DNA of 39,390 nucleotides, taken from Thermodesulfobacteriota bacterium. GTDB taxonomy: Bacteria; Desulfobacterota; SM23-61. The stretch lies in contig JASEHN010000001.1 of the NCBI GenBank assembly GCA_030018715.1, forward strand, positions 1-39,390. The letters run 5' to 3'. Numbering within the stretch: the stretch's first letter is position 1; each line of letters opens with the position of its first letter. Shown here piece after piece: positions 36,134 through 39,390 of this stretch. A program made the position numbers and the translations under genes. The notes under the pieces were generated by a model. It was not told the DNA's origin. It saw only the letters and a list, made by a program, of their open reading frames with translations, and did not search any database.

Positions 36134-36482
36134 ACGAGTCAAGAGGATCAAGAGGGTGTTCACCTTTGCTTGGGACGAGGTATTGAAGTCTCAGCCTTCG
36201 GTGATGGAGGGGAAAATCCACCAAATCCACTTCCGGGTGCCCAATTCCGTGAACAATGTGGCCGCCACTTTGACCCTGGAAGACGAGGATGACTACGAAA
36301 TCTACAGCTCTGGGGCCAGGGCAGAGGACGCCAATTACAACCTCATCCCCACCCCGATTCCCCTGCTGGTGGCCGGGAACTTCACCTTCAAGGTGACGCT
36401 GGCTGGCGCCCCGGGGGTCGAGGGGCCTCCGCCATCCGATCCGGTTGCCGCTGTGGCCGTGATTTACTACGACGGCATCTAG
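36120..36482 (+). CDS. Hypothetical protein (120 aa)
   Basis: AAAAGGAGGTGGGCC-ATG RBS. The start overlaps the last 14 nt of the giant ORF. Beta-rich sequence. Confidence 0.65.
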   Translation: MPPIRRVKRIKRVFTFAWDEVLKSQPSVMEGKIHQIHFRVPNSVNNVAATLTLEDEDDYEIYSSGARAEDANYNLIPTPIPLLVAGNFTFKVTLAGAPGVEGPPPSDPVAAVAVIYYDGI

Positions 36483-36512
36483 ACGGCATCTAAGGGTAGG
36501 AGGGCTCTATGA

Positions 36513-36926
36513 ATGACCCGGATAGTCGAAGCCTTCGGGCCCCACCTGATTCTGGACGGGTTCGGATGCAATGCGGCCGCCTTGGTGGACAAGGAGGGGG
36601 TGCGGCGGTTTCTGGACCGGACTCCGGATCTCATTGGCATGACCAAAATCATGCCCCCTTTTGTCTTTCGTTTCCCCCGGACAGGCGGTTTGTCCGGCAT
36701 CGTCATCATCGCCGAGAGCCACATCAGCGTCCACACCTGGCCGGAGAAAGGGTCTCTGCAACTGGACATCTTTTCCTGCAAGCAATTTGATGTGCGGCAG
36801 GCCATTAATGAGGCGGTGCGGCAGTTTGGGATTAAGGAGTATGACCGTCAGGTTTTGGACCGGGGATTGGAGTTTCCGCGCAGCCTTGCCTTTGACTACC
36901 TTATCTCTGAACGGGTGAAGAAGTGA
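36513..36926 (+). CDS. speH: S-adenosylmethionine decarboxylase proenzyme, small pyruvoyl (SpeH) type
   Basis: GLSGIVIIAESHISVHTWPEKGSLQLDIFSC matches the self-cleavage and active-site signature (Glu68/Ser69 ES-H..HTWPE ... D.F.C). The length (137 aa) fits the small bacterial/archaeal class. GGTAGGAGGG RBS. Confidence 0.85.
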   Translation: MTRIVEAFGPHLILDGFGCNAAALVDKEGVRRFLDRTPDLIGMTKIMPPFVFRFPRTGGLSGIVIIAESHISVHTWPEKGSLQLDIFSCKQFDVRQAINEAVRQFGIKEYDRQVLDRGLEFPRSLAFDYLISERVKK

Positions 36927-37207
36927 CCGGCCAGGAATTCAATGCAATTTTGCTCTCCCTGTTGGGTATTGCGGCTTTGGTGGGAGCTATCCTCTTCTGG
37001 CGCATGTTCACCCGCATGGAGAAAAAAATAGATGACTGGTTTTCTCTGCATCTTGGATGCCGGGAGCGCCAATTCAAAGAATTTACCAATAAAAAAGAAT
37101 TCGATGAATGGAAAAAAGGTCGAGATTTATTATGGCGGCGGATTAACCGTCATGCACATGATAAGGATGGGAAAGTAGTCATTACAGAGAGTCCGGAAGG
37201 GGTTTAA
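36923..37207 (+). CDS. Single-pass membrane protein (94 aa), possible holin/antiholin or moron
   Basis: The GTG start overlaps the speH stop (GTGA). One N-terminal TM helix (ILLSLLGIAALVGAILFW) is followed by a charged tail. Clearly AT-rich relative to its flanks. Confidence 0.55.
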   Translation: MTGQEFNAILLSLLGIAALVGAILFWRMFTRMEKKIDDWFSLHLGCRERQFKEFTNKKEFDEWKKGRDLLWRRINRHAHDKDGKVVITESPEGV

Positions 37208-37265
37208 TCATGGGAAGTATAAACGCTGCTCAAGGTGGGCCGCCTACTCCGCTTTCCGGCGGGGC

Positions 37266-37406
37266 ATGGAAGCGGCGCGGAGACATGGGACATGGGAGAA
37301 GCTGGACGAGCGGGAGAAGATGAGTTTAATCGCGGCCTGCGTTAAAGATGAACTCTTTAACCTGCCGACAAGGAGGACCTGGTGGGAGATTTTAACCGGG
37401 CAATAG
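37266..37406 (+). CDS. Possible small ORF (46 aa) in the speH-endolysin gap
   Basis: MEAARRHGTWEKLDEREKMSLIAACVKDELFNLPTRRTWWEILTGQ has reasonable codon bias. However, the RBS is weak and it overlaps the endolysin start by 25 nt. Confidence 0.25.
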   Translation: MEAARRHGTWEKLDEREKMSLIAACVKDELFNLPTRRTWWEILTGQ

Positions 37407-37843
37407 AGTTCGTGTTGTCAGATCGGATTGAAGGTGGGTACGTCAATAATCCCAAGGACCCGGGCGGCGAGACTAACTTCGGGATTTCGAAGCGGGCCTA
37501 TCCCAAGGAGAACATCAAGGCCCTCACCAAAGAGCGGGCCATCCGGCTTTATAAACGGGACTATTGGGACGCCATCGGTGGCGGCGCCCTCCCCTCCCCC
37601 CTGGACCTGGTGCTGTTCGATTCGGCGGTGAACGAGGGGCCGGGGACCGCCCGGAAGCACCTGGCCGAAGCTCTGGAGGCCCAGGGGCGGAGCAAGGTGG
37701 GAGATGCCAACCCTGAATGGCTGGCGGCCGACATCATCTTCCTGCGCCTGACCCGGTATGCCAGCCTTTCCACCTGGGCCACTTTTGGGAAGGGTTGGGT
37801 GCGGCGCATGGTTATGCTTTACGACGAGGTGCGGGCGGCATGA
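37382..37843 (+). CDS. Endolysin, GH108 lysozyme-like with a C-terminal peptidoglycan-binding region
   Basis: The N-terminal RIEGGYVNNPKDPGGETNFGIS is the GH108 signature (catalytic Glu17). AAGGAGG lies 5 nt before the GTG at 37382. Confidence 0.85.
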   Translation: MGDFNRAIEFVLSDRIEGGYVNNPKDPGGETNFGISKRAYPKENIKALTKERAIRLYKRDYWDAIGGGALPSPLDLVLFDSAVNEGPGTARKHLAEALEAQGRSKVGDANPEWLAADIIFLRLTRYASLSTWATFGKGWVRRMVMLYDEVRAA

Positions 37844-38124
37844 AGTGGCGGGAGTTCCTCATCGATCCCAGCAGTGGCCAACTGAGCATGAGCCGCTTAT
37901 GTTACGGGATCATCGCGGCTAGCTTGCTGGTGTTTGCCGGAGGGCTGCTCTGGCAGGGGAAGGCTGAGGCCCTGGTGGACCTGCTTAAGACCGCCTTGAT
38001 CACCACCGCGGGGCTGTACGGGGCTAACAGTGTGGCCGGCGCCGTGGCGCGTAGGGGCAAGCCTTCGGCCTCGCCGCCTAAGTCCAAGACTCCCCATGAG
38101 CTCATCGCCCCGCCAAACACATAG
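37840..38124 (+). CDS. Holin (putative, two TM helices, 94 aa)
   Basis: ATGA overlap with the endolysin stop. TM helices are LCYGIIAASLLVFAGGLLW and ALITTAGLYGANSVAGAV, followed by a basic C-terminal tail. Confidence 0.6.
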   Translation: MKWREFLIDPSSGQLSMSRLCYGIIAASLLVFAGGLLWQGKAEALVDLLKTALITTAGLYGANSVAGAVARRGKPSASPPKSKTPHELIAPPNT

Positions 38125-38133
38125 GAGTCGGAT

Positions 38134-38385
38134 ATGTGGATGCTAACTTGGTTTCTCGGACCTGTCGGCAGGTATGTGGGCATTGCCCTTTTGCTGGCGG
38201 CTCTTTATGGGGGCTGCCAGGTGAAAAGCTGTATCAGTCACCAGGCCGAGGTGAAAGCAAAAACCGCGGAAAAGACCCTGGAGGTGGAACGTGAAGACCA
38301 AAAGGTTAAAGAGCAGGTTCGCCAAATGTCTGATGATGATCTTGCTGACTTCATTCGCCGCGGCGGGGTGCGCCAAAAGCATTGA
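38134..38385 (+). CDS. i-spanin (Rz-like)
   Basis: An N-terminal TM anchor (VGIALLLAALYGG) followed by a charged helical periplasmic segment. It sits immediately after the holin and overlaps the o-spanin gene. Confidence 0.7.
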   Translation: MWMLTWFLGPVGRYVGIALLLAALYGGCQVKSCISHQAEVKAKTAEKTLEVEREDQKVKEQVRQMSDDDLADFIRRGGVRQKH

Positions 38386-38548
38386 GTTTGTGCCGCCGCC
38401 CCTCCGGGCGGCCCCGAAGTTGGAGAGCTTCGCCCCCGACAAAAACGACCAGACCGGGGAAAAGGGTTACTGGATGAATCGGGGAGACGCGGAGGACTTG
38501 GGGGGCTTCTTCGGCCACGTTCATAATGTGAGGGACGCCTGGAAGTAG
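38291..38548 (+). CDS. o-spanin (Rz1-like outer-membrane lipoprotein)
   Basis: GGAGGTGG RBS followed by GTG. Signal peptide with lipobox FAAAGC (Cys27) and a Pro-rich mature N-terminus. It starts in the +1 frame inside the i-spanin gene with a 95-nt overlap. Confidence 0.75.
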   Translation: MKTKRLKSRFAKCLMMILLTSFAAAGCAKSIEFVPPPLRAAPKLESFAPDKNDQTGEKGYWMNRGDAEDLGGFFGHVHNVRDAWK

Positions 38549-38622
38549 GAGGCCCAAACCATGACATTGCGTGATGTTCCCTAGTGGCTGGCGGAAGGCG
38601 CTGCGTTAATGGAGGGCCTATC

Positions 38623-38811
38623 ATGGACTGCCCGGTGATCGCGGTTCGGCATCGGTTGGACGGGGTGAAGGAATTGGCGGTGGAGCACCCGGCAGGGGGC
38701 GTGGGATATAAGCTTTTGGCCCTGTGCCCCTTAACCGCCAACAAGGTAATGCAGGAGCTTGTCAGTCCTCAGAGGGACGGGGGGTGGAGCCGGATTGTGG
38801 TGAGGGGGTAG
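38623..38811 (+). CDS. Hypothetical small protein (62 aa)
   Basis: GGAGGG lies 7 nt before the ATG at 38623 and third positions are G/C-rich. It converges on, and overlaps, a minus-strand ORF, so one of the two may be spurious. Confidence 0.35.
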   Translation: MDCPVIAVRHRLDGVKELAVEHPAGGVGYKLLALCPLTANKVMQELVSPQRDGGWSRIVVRG

Positions 38812-38939
38812 ACGGGCTTCGAGTATTCAATGCCCGGGCCCTGAACAAAGAGCATCAGGTAAAGTTGCCCGCAGGTCTTCTCGTTCTTGGGGTCAACCTT
38901 CTTGGCCCATTCGTGGCGCCGGTCCAGTGGACGCGCCAT
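38769..38939 (-). CDS. Hypothetical small protein (56 aa; the frame is open up to 39017)
   Basis: Strong G/C third-position bias and typical codons (AAG, GAC, CTG). No clear RBS at 38939. It may be the frameshifted continuation of 38959..39132. Confidence 0.35.
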   Translation of the reverse strand: MARPLDRRHEWAKKVDPKNEKTCGQLYLMLFVQGPGIEYSKPVYPLTTIRLHPPSL

Positions 38940-38958
38940 CTGGTTGGTTTGCAGGCTT

Positions 38959-39132
38959 TCATGCGGGCGTGTACTGGCCCACTGGTTCACGGTCGAGCCT
39001 GAAAAGCAGTCGGCCACGCTGGTCCGATTCCACGTCGATGATCGTCACCCCGATCAGCCCTCCATCCACCAGCACCTCCATAATCTGGTGCTCGGCCATG
39101 TCGCGTTCGGTGGTCTCAATCATAACCCACAT
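38959..39132 (-). CDS. Hypothetical small protein (57 aa)
   Basis: Below the ORF-track cutoff. AGGAGGG lies 4-5 nt before the ATG at 39132. Good codon bias. MWVMIETTERDMAEHQIMEVLVDGGLIGVTIIDVESDQRGRLLFRLDREPVGQYTPA. Confidence 0.5.
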   Translation of the reverse strand: MWVMIETTERDMAEHQIMEVLVDGGLIGVTIIDVESDQRGRLLFRLDREPVGQYTPA

Positions 39133-39342
39133 CGTTCCCTCCTTTGCAATCGCTTGCAGTTAGGTTGGCGGCCAGAAAAGCGTCGATCAGCTGCCGGTGC
39201 TGGAAGTAAACCCAGAAGCTCACAGCCTCGGGAAGCGTCAGCGCCTTCCCGTCCTCGGAGGCGGTTGGTGCGGAAGGACGACCAGAAGCCTTGCTGACGG
39301 TCTGCTGACGGTTTTTTTATTGGTTTTTAAAGGGTCAACCAT
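39116..39342 (-). pseudogene. Small ORF (71 codons if repaired) interrupted by an 11-bp tandem duplication
   Basis: AAGGA lies 6 nt before the ATG at 39342. The frame stops after 34 codons. Deleting one copy of the 11-bp repeat at 39293-39314 joins it in frame to a codon-biased ORF ending at 39116 (MVDPLKTNKKTVSKASGRPSAPTASEDGKALTLPEAVSFWVYFQHRQLIDAFLAANL...). Confidence 0.35.
39293..39314. repeat. 11-bp tandem direct repeat (GCTGACGGTCT / GCTGACGGTTT)
   Basis: Read directly. Ten of 11 positions are identical and the repeat is immediately followed by a T7 run. Confidence 0.85.
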
Positions 39343-39363
39343 TTGATTTCCTTAATAATGATC

Positions 39364-39390
39364 TGGCTGGGGGACTAGGATTCGAACCTA
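39364..39390 (-). tRNA. tRNA gene, 3' end only (T-arm, acceptor 3' strand, discriminator G, encoded CCA); the rest lies beyond the window
   Basis: The reverse complement reads TAGG-TTCGAAT-CCTAG-TCCCCCA-G-CCA. This gives a canonical T-stem and GTTCGAATC-type T-loop, a 7-nt acceptor strand, a discriminator base and CCA. The isotype cannot be determined from this fragment. Confidence 0.75.

Noticed and set aside
37210-37323. A 37-codon ATG ORF at the start of the speH-endolysin gap.
   Set aside because: It is Gly/Arg-rich with poor codon bias. The overlapping frame at 37266..37406 looks better and is reported at low confidence instead.
38887-39297. A 136-aa + strand ORF at the right end of the window.
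   Set aside because: Its composition is R/S/P/H-rich and it has no RBS. It lies antisense to minus-strand frames that have good codon bias and Shine-Dalgarno sites.
1-39390. A search by eye for an integrase/recombinase, reverse transcriptase (DGR), CRISPR array, toxin-antitoxin pair or a known defence-system operon.
   Set aside because: I recognised no catalytic motifs or gene architectures of these types. The window is a virion, anti-defence and lysis block rather than a defence island.

Overview
This 39.4-kb window is almost entirely one co-directional (+ strand), tightly packed late-gene block of a tailed dsDNA phage or prophage. The host appears GC-rich and diderm, because the lysis cassette includes an i-spanin and a lipoprotein o-spanin. 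Gene order is: terminase large subunit (3' part), portal, scaffold, major capsid protein, a run of unassignable head/neck/tail structural ORFs, and then a fibre/receptor-binding cluster. That cluster holds an S8 subtilase, three small paralogues and two LamG/jelly-roll proteins, one with two long peptide-repeat arrays. Next come two coiled-coil proteins, then a single 13.8-kb ORF (4,611 aa), a small pyruvoyl S-adenosylmethionine decarboxylase, and a GH108 endolysin / holin / overlapped spanin cassette. The last ~600 nt switch to the minus strand, with small ORFs, one of them broken by an 11-bp tandem duplication. The window ends inside the 3' end of a minus-strand tRNA gene. The standout feature is the giant ORF. 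It reads as a polyvalent, DarB-like virion-delivered protein carrying ParB-like, N6-adenine-type methyltransferase, Strawberry-notch-type DExH helicase, RadC/JAB and HExxH zincin modules, plus hydrophobic segments. Inside its Gly/Pro-rich linker, the +1 frame carries a 154-codon ORF (27069..27533) with a canonical AAGGAG-N6-ATG start and genome-typical codon bias, while the host frame there has atypical codons. This suggests a nested gene or a gene-fusion scar. I recognised no tape-measure, sheath or tube gene, so the virion may be podovirus-like, but that is only an inference. All family assignments come from motifs read by eye and from synteny; no database search was possible.
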